A stretch of DNA of 64,000 nt, taken from the NCBI GenBank assembly GCA_000934665.2, contig KZ538277.1, forward strand, positions 1 to 64,000. Reading direction: 5' to 3'. The stretch is from Catajapyx aquilonaris. Its lineage: Eukaryota. Positions 10,459-23,510 of this stretch are shown here, piece after piece. Every line of letters starts with the position of its first letter. Positions within the stretch are counted from its first letter, which is position 1. Below the pieces are notes generated by a model that worked only from the letters and a program-made list of their open reading frames with translations, had not been told where the DNA came from and did no database searches. The translations under genes were made by a program, and so were the position numbers.

Positions 10459-13400
10459 TATCGTTAACATTTCGAATGTCTAACAAGAGTAACAACTCTC
10501 GAATTTGTACTCCACAACAACCTGCGAAATCTTCCTAGAAACCCCGCAAGGGCCATCCAAATGAATGGGGGTTGAAAGGGGAAGGTTAGTTTACGACATG
10601 ACCTGCAGCACCATTTTGATTCCAAGATGGCGTAATTAAGGGTACGTGCCACAGCAGCTCTAAATGAAGACCGGCTCATCTTTGGAGCCCATCTGAAGAT
10701 GAGCAATCCGTGTCCCTACAGGGGGCTAATGGATTCCTGCTGTGGACTCGTGTCCTCCGACATGAGCCGAGCTCAGGAGGGGATCTGTCCCTCTCCTTTT
10801 CGTCATTAGACCAACCACGGGACACCTGCTAATGCTGTGGTTGCATAGTCTCAGGAGTGCTGTTGCATCTTTTGTAGAAAGTCCCGGACCTGGGTAAGTC
10901 AGAAAGCGAGGAGAATCCTGGGAGTGCCTTTTCTTCCCCATGCTCGCCGAACGGAACTAAACACTCCACAAAGTGCCTGTTCTCGGTCGGAATATGAAAA
11001 TAGCTAACCCCCTCCTCCTTCCTACCTCAACTACAACCCCCCCCCCTCAGTTTTTTTTCTTACCATCCTGAGGATCTATAGTCCACGGAAAACAGGGGAG
11101 TCGAAGATTCTCCTCCATCCCCCACCCCCAGCTACTACCTCCCCCCCTGCATTTCAACGAAGAAAAGCACTCAGGGAGTGTCACTTTTTGTAGGTGATGG
11201 GGATGTCGCGTCTCGGAAACCCCCGCCTCTAGTCTCCCCTCACATTCCCCCACCCAGATCGATTTTTCGACATTTGGCTTGGAAAAGTTTGGAAGTGGAG
11301 GTGGAAGGGGGGGGGGGGTATGGAGAAGGGGGGGGTTCCCCCCGAAGTTTTCATCGGAATAAATTGGAATACAGCCTGCAGCAAGATGCTCTCGTCAAAG
11401 CGTGAGAAATGTCGTGAGCAGCCCCCGCCATCTCCCCCCTTTTGCCTTGTCAGAACGCCATCTTGGACAACCTGTGCTGCGGCTCGGAGCAGCTTATTTC
11501 ATTTCACAGATCTAATTGGCCGCCTGTAATTGCCCCCTCTCCTCCTCTTCTCTACCTTTGGCAGCAGAGTAGAATTGGGGTAGACGGTAAGTTAAAGAGC
11601 CGGCTTCTAACCCCCCCTACCACCACCCCAGCCTCCAACTCCCCAACCACCCCTAGGAATATATTGTTCCGACTTGGTCCAAGAAGAGGCCTGGGGTCAT
11701 ATTGTTAATTTTCTTTCTGTCAGCTCGCGAGAAGCGGATGTCCATGAACGACAATCAATCATGGGCACACATTTTCTCCCCGTAATTAGTTTCGCAAGGA
11801 GCAGCTTGTGTTATTTGGAACGTCTTCGGAAATCACACGTAACGTGAAAATTCCTTCCCTCAGCCTGAGATAAAGGCAATACTTCTTGGACGTTATGGCT
11901 TGACAGCTATTACGAATTAAGACTCTCTTACATGAAAGCTCGTTATACTTCGCATTCTATCCTGCCAGACCTTAGTCGGCTTCCACTCGCATCGATTTCA
12001 CGCTCAGTAGTCCCGATTATGTGTCTATTGTGTTGCATTTATATACAGATGTCAGATATTGGATTTCTTATGCGTATATTAGAATATATTTTACAGATCA
12101 CTCACTGGTGGTATGTATAGGAAGAAAATGAATGGACTACTGCATAAACAGATTATATGCTGTGTGAATAAAATTATTTTGCATAAATGCATAAAGTGTG
12201 CATATTTTTATGCATTCAAATTCTCTGTGAGTAGTTACCAATTTGCTCATTGTCAGCATGGCAACGAAATGCCACTTTCAATTTACAACAAGTGTAACAT
12301 TGTTGAAAAAAAATGTGGCATATAAATAGATGTAACGAGTCTTAACTGCATAGCCCCGGTACATCAGGAATTAGATATACTCGAAGGTTTATTGACAATC
12401 AACTGTCATGACTCATGAGAGTATTATTCCTGGGGGGATGGAGCAACGACCTCTTTTCATTGACATGCTGACTTCAGGTAGCGATTTTGACAAGTACTTA
12501 ATTACACCTCAGATGATCATTGGGCACAGAGAACTATTAATGCTGGCTGGGTGTGAAAAGAAACGAAGACATCCAGGCATTGTCTTGTCACTTGTGCTCT
12601 TTTCAATATGTAACAGACGCAGCAGGCTAGTGATAAATGGCAGGTTCGGCCAACTCAATACAGTAGATGACAAGTTGTGTTGCTTGACAAGAGCAAACGA
12701 ATTATTGGCACTTATTACGCTTTGAAAGCGTGTCGTAGATTTCCATCGCTTTTAGAACAATAAAATTACTTTGAATACACAAATCGCAATTAGCCTAATA
12801 ATTAGTTCTGCTAGTTCCTATTGTTCCGCAAGTACAGGAAACGGTAGCACCGCACCTTACCTCCTTTGTTGCTGCTCAGAAAGAAAATGTCTAATTTTTT
12901 TTGTCTCTTTTCTCACTTGAGTTACCTGTTGGGGAGAAAGTCGTGCCAAATGGATTTCCTGCAGTGCTAGCGAATTAGTCCTTTTTTTTACTACCCAACG
13001 TTGGTGATCAAGATGGCCAATTTCCCATCAGAAGAAAGTCCAGAAATCAATTTCTGAGCCGGACTTCTCCCAGCAGGTCTCCTAATATCTAATCACTGTT
13101 CCTTCACCTGCATTATTTGTTAAGAACCCCCTGTTCTTAAAGAACGTTCAGAGAAGGAAAAGCGCAGTTGCGGCGATTAGGAATAAATCCAATTAGTGCG
13201 AGTTAGCATAGTTGGGGCTGTCAAGCGTTTTGTGGACAGTTCTTGATGAAGGCTTGAAGTGCTTTTCCCCTTTGGGGTGGGAATCCTGCACAGGAGCTCA
13301 ATATCGCGGGCTGTGAGCCCGAAAATACAGCACCATTACTGAGTGACACGAACAATATTTTACTGTTGGAGTTGATGAATGAGTACAAGAATCGCGCTAA

Positions 13401-14147
13401 GTGATGTGATAGAAAGTGCAATTTTAGCTCATCTTTCGAGCAGCTCTGGATGATAAGGAATTACATTTTCTTTTTGTTATAACTAGTTTTTGCTGGTTAG
13501 TCCAGTGCATAACTGTGTGTGTGTGTGATGAGTGTGTGTCCGGCGTGAAAAATACCCGGCTTGTCCTCTTGGCAAAGGCGGACAGCGCGATAATTCAGTC
13601 GGCAAATCCCTGACCATTGCCCCACGACCAGACGTGTTTAATGCCCATCACGAAGGTGCAGGAGGGTCATTCGTCAAGCCCTACCAGTCCCCCCCCTCCT
13701 CGCCAGTTCACAGTTATCGCCAATCGGAAAAGACTTTTCACATTGAAGGTGCTGCTTCTCTTCAACAGAGACATTCATTACGTCGCTGTCTAGTTTTTAA
13801 AGTGAAGGACACTTTTCGGACTCTTTGTATATAGTGTAGTTTGATTCGGGTGCTGACCGTACATGTGGGGGTCAAGAGATGGTTCAAATTGGGATTCTGT
13901 GGGTCAGTTGAATGATAGATAGGATTTTGATTGGGTGACGCAGAGGGAAACCGAATAATTTGACTCTCTGTGGTGGTGGGGCTTGTCGACAATGGAGCGG
14001 AACTTTAGGTGCTGAATCATTTGCGATACTGTCAAATGGAAGTGGCTATGTACTTGTTGTTTGTTTAAAGTGCACAGCGTGCTACAAGATATGTGACCGC
14101 TTTTTACGTTCTAACCTGCTCATTTTTAAGTATCTGTGGAATCGGGC

Positions 14148-14352
14148 AGTTATCAAAATTATTAGCTGCTAATATTAGGATGAATTGCATCATCGATACA
14201 AACTATGAATCACTGTGAATTTCGGGACTAATTGGACTAATTGGCATAAAATTTTAATGCTAGGATCAATTTTTTGTAGCCTTGACTCCCCTGCCAGGCG
14301 TTAAAATGATGGGTTCACTCAACCTAATATTAGCAGCTATTATTTTGATTAC
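14148..14352. mobile_element. ~200-bp MITE family E, copy 1
   Basis: Inverted ends TTATCAAAATTATTAGCTGCTAATATTAGG / CCTAATATTAGCAGCTATTATTTTGAT. Related copies at ~38.5, ~41.3 and ~50.3 kb. Confidence 0.7.
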
Positions 14353-15562
14353 TCCTGTCACTGCCTTCCCTTGTCGATTCCGAAGTATTTTTAAAAAATG
14401 TGACCATGAGTTACAATTTCAATATTGAGATAAGGTGCATGTGTTGCAGGACACAAAATTTTGCATTTTGCAGTTGGGCCCTTGTTCTGTTGGAAATGGA
14501 GTTGCTTGCTCTGTTGGACAGACAATTGAAATAAACATGAGAATACACGAACAATGAGTGTCAATCCATTGTTTTCTGTATTAGCCATGTCAATGGCAAT
14601 GATTGATTTAGACACATGAGGACATGACGTTTGAATATAATGCATGACCCCTTATAGTGGTAGGCCATATGAAGCAGCCGTTTTCCCCCTTTTACAAATT
14701 TGCCTTTTGCTAAACTCGCGGCTAAATTTTGGGTAAACATTGGGTTAGCGATTTTTGTCACTAAGCTGCCTATTTTTAGCAGTGACTTTTGAATAGCTTA
14801 GTTTATTGATAAAAGTAATCACGATTTTACATAAATCACTGAGCTTGTTAAATAACGCAAAGGTGGGCATACTACTTGTATAATATACGTAAGCCTACTA
14901 AGTACTAACTGAAAACTAATGTTTGCAACACCCCACTGCAACTCTGTTTTTTTCGGGTTTTTTTCATGTAGGTTTCCCCCTCAGACCCCCGTGACCTTAG
15001 AACTGATCGGCATATCAGTGGTTAGGTGGGGTGCCGCTTCGCTTTAGTTTCGGCGTTTGGCCCGTTACTTTAGTTCATGATCTTAGAATACTCAGGTCTG
15101 GTCACTCCCACCCACCCCCTGCCGGGGCGTTTTGCAGAAGGTGCTCACTTGAGATCGCCGTGAGACCTTTCACTCCCCAGGTATGTGGCGACCCTACCGG
15201 ACTACGCTGAACTTTATAGGTACAAAAGGGCAGCGCTACATTGGGGGACCCAACATAGGCGATAAGATCAGAATGTAGTAAGCTATAAGTGTCCGGGGGC
15301 TGCTTTAGTTACTATAACCAACCGGGGAACACGGCGGACCAGGACTCCCAAAGCGCCAATTCAAATCTAGTAGCCATGGTCCGTTCATTCCTTGGTGCGT
15401 TCCTTTTCACCGGGGCTTGTTCGTATCCACGTTCTCATCATCCGTTCTGAATAATAGTAATAATTTTCGCCGCAGTGTAGGGGTGTCGCTCCATACACTT
15501 AGTCGAAAAGCGAGCGGGTGGGATTCTAAAAATACACGCGATAAGAGGGCAAGTTGCCAGAC

Positions 15563-16172
15563 CTGTATATACACCAACGAGATAGAATAGGGTAGAGGCC
15601 GTAAAGGTCACGTGATCTTTGGCGACCATGCCACTTCACGGCAAGAACATGCGCGAATTTGAAATTGTCGCATTTCTAACCCTGTTCTCCTATGTCTACA
15701 CTCCTGCCTCCAGGCGGGGCTGGGAATAAATGGCAGTCTGGTGAAAGCAACGAGGTATAAAATAGGGTTAGAGGCCGTAAAAGTCCGCCATCTTTGATGC
15801 AATTGAGCGGCCATGTCACTTCACGGAATAACACGCGTGAGGTGGTAAACTCATGGCTGGTTTTCCCTCCGGCCGCATGGCGCTACTGTCTACTTCTGTA
15901 TATACCACCAATGCTCTTTTGCAGTGAAGTGGCATGGCCGCCAATTGCATCAAAGATGGCGGACCTTTACGGCCTCTAGCCCTATTCATACCTCGTTGCT
16001 TTCACCAGACTGCCTTTTCTTCCTAGTCCCGCCAGGAGGCAGGAGAGGAGAACAGGGTTAGAAATACTAAATTCTTGCCGTGAAGTGCCATGGCCGCCCG
16101 CTGGGCCAATGGTTTCAAAGATGTCCGACCTTTACGGCATCTATCCTATTTATATCTCGTTGATATATACAG
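15563..16172. mobile_element. Foldback element with mirrored internal repeats
   Basis: Termini CTGTATATACACCAACGAG / CTCGTTGATATATACAG. The unit TAGAGGCCGTAAA..GCCATG.CACTTCAC occurs twice forward (~15590, ~15765) and twice inverted (~15925, ~16080). Confidence 0.8.
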
Positions 16173-16811
16173 TATACACATACTCCTCGACCGTGGTTTG
16201 CAATAAACTATCCATACTATAGTTCTACTGGTGGTGAAAAATAAATTTGATTCTTTTTCTATTACTACAACTCGAACCTTGAAGATCATCCGCTTATTAC
16301 CCGCTTATACACAATGGATGGGGCATTTTATGTCAAATCAGTAAATAATCAAAATATTTGTGGCTCGACCACACTTCCGACTTTGATTAAAAATATCATG
16401 TCCATAGGTATACACCATATTTCCAGAACCAACATTTGAGGCGTCTGCGATAATATCCCGCGGAGACTGTATGATAATATAAAAGTCAACAACGACATTG
16501 CACTGATCAGTAGTTATTATTGGTGAGATACTTCTGGGAACACCTATACAGCATATCACATATTAAATGAAAGGTTGTACCTTTCATTTGATTAATCCCA
16601 CAAAGGTAACATTAATTTTTATATTAGTTTGAAAATCAGTCCAGCGCAACCTCAAAAATAAGTGGCCGAAAATGGGCAAATTGTAAGTTTAATGATTTTT
16701 GGAATTTTTATTTCCAAGACTGTCGGGCCTGATATGATAAAAATTTCTTGGTGATGCCTTTTAGGGGGGGGGAAATGGGGCTCAACCTCAAAGTTAATAT
16801 GAATTTGTTGT

Positions 16812-17139
16812 GGGGAGGCGGAGTGGTGCTGCGGTAACGTATGCGCCCACGGATGTTAAGGTCCCGGGTTCGATCCCAGCCCGGGGACACTCTCTTCATC
16901 TCGTGCAGAGTTCATTGGGTCACCTCTGGCTTCGTCTCGGGCGGTATTTCCTACAGACTAAACCACCCGGGGGAGTTCACTAAAAATGGCCACATAAAGA
17001 CATTGCACTGCACCTTGCACATCCCCTCCTGTCATCCTGCCCGTGGGCCCGGGCGTTACGTATAAAGGTTCCAATGTACGTATGAGTATAAAATAAAGGT
17101 CCGTGCTATATACCTCAGATGAGGTCAAGCACTACCCGG

Positions 17140-17207
<68 letters not shown>
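16812..17207 (+). mobile_element. tRNA-derived SINE (family A) with long (ATT)n tail
   Basis: B box GGTTCGATCC; TSD TATGAATTTGTTGT at 16798-16811 and 17208-17221; (ATT)n at 17140-17210. Confidence 0.92.
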
Positions 17208-17210
<3 letters not shown>

Positions 17211-18013
17211 GAATTTGTTGTAAGACAAAAAAATAACTGACAACAAAACAATGTTGCGAAGCGATTTACGGACAATTGACACGAGGAAAACTGTTCTGGA
17301 TAATACACCGCCTGTTCCAACATTTAGCGCATATTGGTGTAGGTGAAATATACGCACTTTCGCTTACTGGTGTCTAGTGTGTCTATTTGTGAACCGATTT
17401 GTGACCCCTGTATACAGTTCCCTTTGTTGCATCTCCTAGCAACGAATCTGTTGGCGACAATGGCTTTGATGACAAGGTCCTCTAGAGTTTCCCACTTCAT
17501 AATCATAACAACTTATCTATATACAGGGTGTTTTAGTCAGAATTCCCACCTTTGAATGGATTATTATCCAACAATGTGCATAACTCTCTTTCTCGAATAA
17601 ATGTTCAAGAACTTGCTCTGTAGCTTTTTTTGTCATCAATATTTTTGTAGTAAAATTCCACAATCAATTTGAGGCTGAACATTCTCCCCTCCAAAAAATG
17701 CTCCAAAAAGGGGGCTAAATACGTTTGTTTATATATATAGCTATCTTATTGGGCTTCTCTGGCTCATTACCTAACTTGCGAGTCTGCGATATTCCACTAC
17801 TCACTGCAAACATTTTGTTCTTCCTAATTGTCCAGTGACCATATCATTTCTCCCTCGACGTAAGATACATATGTTCCTTGCTTGTAAGGGGATACCGGAT
17901 AGGGAATTCTTCGTATTTCCCCAGTAGGGTCATGAATCTTTCGCCTTCCTAATAGCCACGAGGCCCCCTCTTTCATGCACTGGCTCTGGCATATTTCACT
18001 AAACGTTACTAAT

Positions 18014-18139
18014 GGCCGGTTTCACCGAGCCCGGTTTTCATAAAAACCCCGATTCTTTCGGAAAATCCCTATTCTATTTGCAGGGATTTTCCGAAAGAAC
18101 CGGGTTTTTAAATGAAAACCGGGCTTGGTGAAACCGACC
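18014..18139. mobile_element. Palindromic MITE (possibly PIF/Harbinger-type)
   Basis: GGCCGGTTTCACCGAGCCCGGTTTTCAT...ATGAAAACCGGGCTTGGTGAAACCGACC; near-complete hairpin. Confidence 0.75.
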
Positions 18140-18274
18140 ATAAACCGCAACATATCTAGCCACGTTTCAACTGCATGATCTGAGGGTAAATTCATCCCAA
18201 TTAAAGCAGTAGAATATCAGAAAGAAGTGTTATCATAACACTTTCTGATATGCTACTACTTTTCAACATATTAC

Positions 18275-18325
18275 TGATTTTTAATGCACATAATTTCTAG
18301 TAGAAATTATGTGCATTAAAAATCA
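18275..18325. repeat. Perfect inverted repeat, 25-bp arms with 1-nt spacer
   Basis: TGATTTTTAATGCACATAATTTCTA-G-TAGAAATTATGTGCATTAAAAATCA. Confidence 0.95.
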
Positions 18326-18485
18326 TACCGGTATGTCAAATGTGTTGCCTTGTACTCATCCATGCACCTTTCACTTAATATAACTTACTATGGCGCAGGA
18401 GCCTATACCCAGAAATACATTGTCAACAATAGACTATTGAGCTGAGGAGTATGTGAATTTTTATATTCTCATATAGGCCTCCCGC

Positions 18486-19169
18486 TAGTCCCCGACTTAC
18501 GTAAGTGGGTCGTTCCGTAACATTATACGTAAGTCGAATTTTACGTAACTCGGAACATGTAAGTTATTAGGAAAGAGTAACCCCTACTGGCGTGCGGGAG
18601 GCGGCAGGATGAGTGGTGGCTGGGGGTAGCTTGTCTGTGTCGCAAAGGCAAGGATGCAAAGATTGATTTTTTGGATTTTGGAAGGGGTATGATGTACCAA
18701 CCTAACCAAGCCTAACCTTCCTTCCTTACGGATACAGACCTATCTTCAGCCATACAGACCTATTTTCAGCGGATACTTACACGCCTATCCTTTATGCTTT
18801 ATCCTTGCCTTTGCGACACAGCCCGCTGCCCCCACCGACTACTACCCTCCCGCACGCCAGTAAGGTCAACTGTATCCAGTTATTATACTTATTCATCAGT
18901 ATACTGTACCGTATCTTATTCATCGATACTGCAGTCACGGTCGTATTCAATTGAACCCGTTGTTATCACGATTGGATTCCCCGCGAGGCCCAGAAACATG
19001 TCGCAAATGTTTGTCACGAGTAAACTGAGGTGAGGGAATGAGTCTCGGTGGGATGGTTCGAGTTTCCACGAGACGAAATTTGACGCATTTTCTCGCAATT
19101 GAGGGCATTTTACGTTACCAAGGCTTTGTGACTCATGTCGTAAGTTGGAGCTACGTAAGTCGGGGACTA
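18486..19169. mobile_element. Non-autonomous DNA transposon (pogo/Tigger-like ends) containing an inner inverted-repeat element (~18583-18865)
   Basis: TIR TAGTCCCCGACTTACGTA / TACGTAAGTCGGGGACTA; inner arms TACTGGCGTGCGGGAG / CTCCCGCACGCCAGTA and TGTGTCGCAAAGGCAAGGAT / ATCCTTGCCTTTGCGACACA. Family assignment is by recall only. Confidence 0.72.
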
Positions 19170-21399
19170 TATCCATTCAATATTATCGCTGAAATCACAA
19201 AATTTGGTGCCATATAACTATAGGCACATAAATGTTAAAAATAAACTCGGACGTGGTCCAGCCACCGCCATTCCCCAAATTGACAAGGACTAAACCTAGT
19301 AGAAAAAAAATGGCCGCATTTCTTCCAAACTTCTCTCAAAAGAACAGCCGTCAGAAAACAAACTCCCCTCAAAGTGACCCCCCATGGCTTCCAATATTTC
19401 AAATCCCGGTAGCAATCTCACGTGTTTTCTTGGGAAGTGCACCCACAATCGGAACCCGAGTCAATAGCCTGCATCGGCAGTCCCATATCGGTCGACCATC
19501 TCACGCGTCTTTCACAGTAAATTGTTTCCTTGTTTTGTGTAGAGAGCAGCTATTTGTGAGGCTGAAGAATCATTTAAGGAGCAGTATAAAGACCTGGTCA
19601 CTGCTGGTTCCGGCCATAAATCGCATCCTGGCTAGAAGGAGGGATGGCTGGGTGGGCCAGTGGGGGGGGGGGACCCAAATGGCCCTAACCTACCCCGATT
19701 CGGCCATTTGGCGGTGGGGACGAGTAGGGGAGGTGGGGTAAGGGGGAGAATCTTGGCGGCTGGCTCCGAGTGACACGCCTGGACCCCTCGTAAAATTCCC
19801 GCCAACGACCATAACCACACCGCGATGATGTGAACATGGTCGTCAATGAGGGTCCAGCACCGCACCGTGACCCTACCATTCGCACTTGTTCAAAATGGTA
19901 GGGAACGTGGTCAGATTGGGCATCAAAAAGTGTCTCTAAGGAAGAGACAAGTGAGGAGCGGTTTGGATGGCGCCATGGGGGCGCCACTTGCAACCTCCCC
20001 GGTGCAAAATCGCGTTTTTGATGAGTCGAGTTGACATGTGATTGGTGCAGGGGGACTAAAAGGGATGGCAATTTGGACCAGGGGGGGCTGGAAGGAGGGG
20101 GGGTTGCTTCCGCGTGGAACTCATTTGTTTTGGGCGCACTGGGCCAAATCTGTGAGAAAGTGCAAGGAGGTGGGCTGGTGCCGTTTTGAAGGAAGGAGGA
20201 AACACAAATCATAGTTTCCGACGAGGGCAAGAGGAGGAGTGCTCTCCATGTCGTCCCCAATGCGATAAACAGAGCACATAAATTCTAATGTAGGAATGAA
20301 GTAAGAAGTATGAAGAAGGGGGGTGGAAGGGAGAGAGAGAGAAAAAAAATGAACTGATATGCTCCTACTATCTGCATGTAATGTGGAAAAATTTCACTAG
20401 GAGCAAACAGGCCGTGAAACATTAGGATATGTGACTAATGCAGCGCTGCTCTTTTACGTTGATGAAGAGAAGAGATTTCAGAAAGACCCTTCCCTATAGC
20501 CATCCAGGCCTACAATGTAGCTTTTATTTCGCGCTCTGTAGTATAGTATTATATACTATTAATGGGAAGGACCGGTGGAAACATATTGGGCTACGACTAT
20601 TGCCTGTAAACGTGTGAAGAAATATGTTCAAGCGAGAGTATGGATATGGAGCTTAATATAACCTGCAACAATGTGTGTTGGCAGATAAAAATTCAAACAC
20701 TGTAGATTATCCTGCGAGATTTTTAATAATTAATATAGGCTAACATACTATAGGCCTACTAGATGGCCGTTTGAGGCTGTTTGAGATGGATAGTTTTCCC
20801 CATATGCCACGCATAAGTTCGTAAAGTTTGGCGATAGGTGGGGTGTCAGTAGTTGTATAGTAGACCCAGTAGACCTGTGCATAGATGGCTATGCCCCACC
20901 TGGTGCGCACCAAGGAATAGGATTGGAGGAGAGAGCTATTATTCGGTTTTGGGCAGAGAACGGACAAACCATCGAAATATGTAGGAGAATGTAGGCACTG
21001 CACGAAACATTCATATATCTCTCAGTCACCTGTCTACGATTTGCGTAAAATATTTTAGAAAGATGAAAGCCTTCTGATAGACGCGCCGCTGTCATGCCAA
21101 TCGAATGGAGCTATGACAGTTTTTTTACTATAGTAAACACGTGACTGCAACACATACGGCAGATCTATACTGTTGGTGTATTCTCCGACACATTTTGTAG
21201 TTGGGTTTTGTGCATGCTCTGCACAAAATCGAATAAAACCTTTCCCTTGTGGTGAATGTCTGAAGACGAGCGGCCATTTTTGAAACAAATTATGTTGTCC
21301 AACCCACACTCCATCAATCGACACATAGTTATGAATCCGTAACTTAATCTCTCAAACAATATTCCAAGCGGGAATTTTGAAACAATTAAGGCTACCGGT

Positions 21400-21744
21400 T
21401 TTTTTTACCCCATTAGAGGGAGCTGAGCCCTTTTAGGGGGGTGGATTACCACCATTTGAATTTTCTCAGAGTTTCCTGTTTTCTTCAAACTCCGGTGGAG
21501 GGAAATCAAGGACAATGGGTAAGGATATAGGTATTGTTGGGGAGGGAACGTAGACTGTGCAAGTGTAATACCGATAAATGGGTCATGTGCAGTCCCCCCA
21601 GGAGGTTAGGTTGCCAAATACCTCCAAGGAGCGGGTCAGAGACCATCCCGACGCAGGTGAAAGGGAACTCCCAGGCGGGGATCGAACCTGGGACTTTTCA
21701 CTCCGCAAGCCGAGACGTTACCATCTCGGCCGCCACACCTCCCC
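21400..21744 (-). mobile_element. tRNA-derived SINE (family D)
   Basis: B box on the minus strand (GGATCGAACC on +); body shared with 6934-7265; TSD AGGCTACCGGT at 21389-21399 and 21745-21755. Confidence 0.87.
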
Positions 21745-23311
21745 AGGCTACCGGTATTTCATTCATTGTTCATAAGAGCCCTCTGCTCCTCCTTGGAGCA
21801 TTTACTGAAGGCTCGCCGCCATCTTTGCACAGCTGATGTCTGACTCCCCCTCCACCTCTCGGCATACTGCCTGAAGTTGTGAGTACCACAGGGGTCCGAA
21901 CAGCGTCGAAAACAGCCGAGGTTAAACATTTTAATAACAAAATTATCGTATTCATTTAATCAAGCATCGGAGTAGATGTCTCCGGAAGAAATGGTTCATG
22001 CATACCGGCAAATGTTATTTAGTCGACCTTTCATTATTTTAAAAGGTATTAAAAGAAGACTATTTCGTCAGTGGAAACAGGTTCTAGAATGGTCTTTTGG
22101 CGCAAAACTGCAGCCGATTGGAGTGATCGCGAAAAAAACGGTATCGAAACTGCAGAGCTATAATAATAATCGGTACCGTTCATAGACATATACGGTATGC
22201 TGCGTCAGTATGATTGGTCAACAGGTCAATTGTTGACATAGGAAGGCAATGCCAGCGACATTGTTGATTCACTCAAAATCGTCATTTTAAGGTTCCATGC
22301 CCGTTTGAAGGGGAAATGGCCCAAGACCTTTGGTCAGCAGGTCAATATACTGTATTGTTGACAAGGAAAGGCAATGCTTACAAGTTAGCGACCCAAACTG
22401 CTGCCTTTCTTGAAACTGGTTGCTGCTGCCCTGGTGGTAAACAATCCATAACTACTCCCCCTCCTCTTCTCCTGAACTGTAGACTTCCGCAGTGCACAGC
22501 CATTTATAAACGTAACTTCACAATACCTTATACGAGTAGTCTGACCCCTTTGACTCGTTTTTTTTACAGGAGAAAGTATTTGTTACTTCAGGCTAAACGA
22601 ATAAATGTGCTTTGAGACATTCCAAATTACCTTTGCACGAAGTCTGGTAATATACGTATCCTCGTAGTTATCCTCGTATGTATGGGCCTACTGTATAATT
22701 CTGCTTTATTTCCATAAAAAATATTTTGTAGCGTTGTTATTGTAATAGTAGGAGACTAAGCGTATCTCTTCCCCACCAAAGTTCAAACCAATTGACCTAA
22801 ACTGGGAAGTGTTGTCATTCATCGGCTCATATTTCCGTAAATACACATTCTGTGAGTGTGAAAATGATTTCATCAGCTTCGTAAGATTACAAAGATTGTT
22901 AGTGAGGCCTAATTACTTTTTTAAGCCCAACAAAAATAGCCGATTGTAAATGATAAATAAAGACCCACACCTTGTGTCTAGACTGGATTGGAGTTCGAAT
23001 ACATACTATAGGAATGACTAATCCATCAACCGCCTTCAGCATTCGGCACCCGATTCGGTCGTCAACCTGGGCAGAGAATCATCATGGGTGTGTACACATA
23101 ATCTTAAAATAATCCATGATCCTATTTTATAGCATACACATTAGATCTGAAAAGAAAAAGCATTCTTGAGTCATATTTGTGATGAAGAATCAAAAATTAA
23201 TAATTTTAAACCAAAACGTGAATTTGGCACAATTGATCAGCAATGCGACGGAAGTAACACTGGAAATGGAAATCTCTTATTTTCCGTACAATACCGGTAG
23301 GTGTTTTTATC

Positions 23312-23510
23312 GGTTCCGTCACACATCGCCCGAATCAAACTCGCCCGATGCAAACTCGCCCGATATACCGGTACAAACTCGAGCAGTCCTCGCATGTACT
23401 GTACCGGTATATCGGGCGAGTGTGCATCGGGCGACTATGTACGTCGGGCGAATTTCCGTCGGGCGAATACGCATCGGGTGAATGTGTATCGGGTGAATTG
23501 ATAACATACC
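23312..23510. mobile_element. MULE/foldback-type MITE with ~15-bp tandem subterminal repeats
   Basis: TCGCCCGA x3 then inverted TCGGG(C/T)GA x6 at ~15-bp period; 9-bp TSD GTTTTTATC at 23303-23311 and 23511-23519. Confidence 0.82.

Noticed and set aside
13221..13421. ORF containing SFINS, reminiscent of the Hox2/pb GFINSQPS motif
   Set aside because: Flanking residues do not match and there is no hexapeptide or homeobox nearby.
14960..15430. GC-richer segment with GGCGACCCTACC, reminiscent of a LINE UTR fragment
   Set aside because: No ORF, TSD or second copy seen; the resemblance is too short to call.
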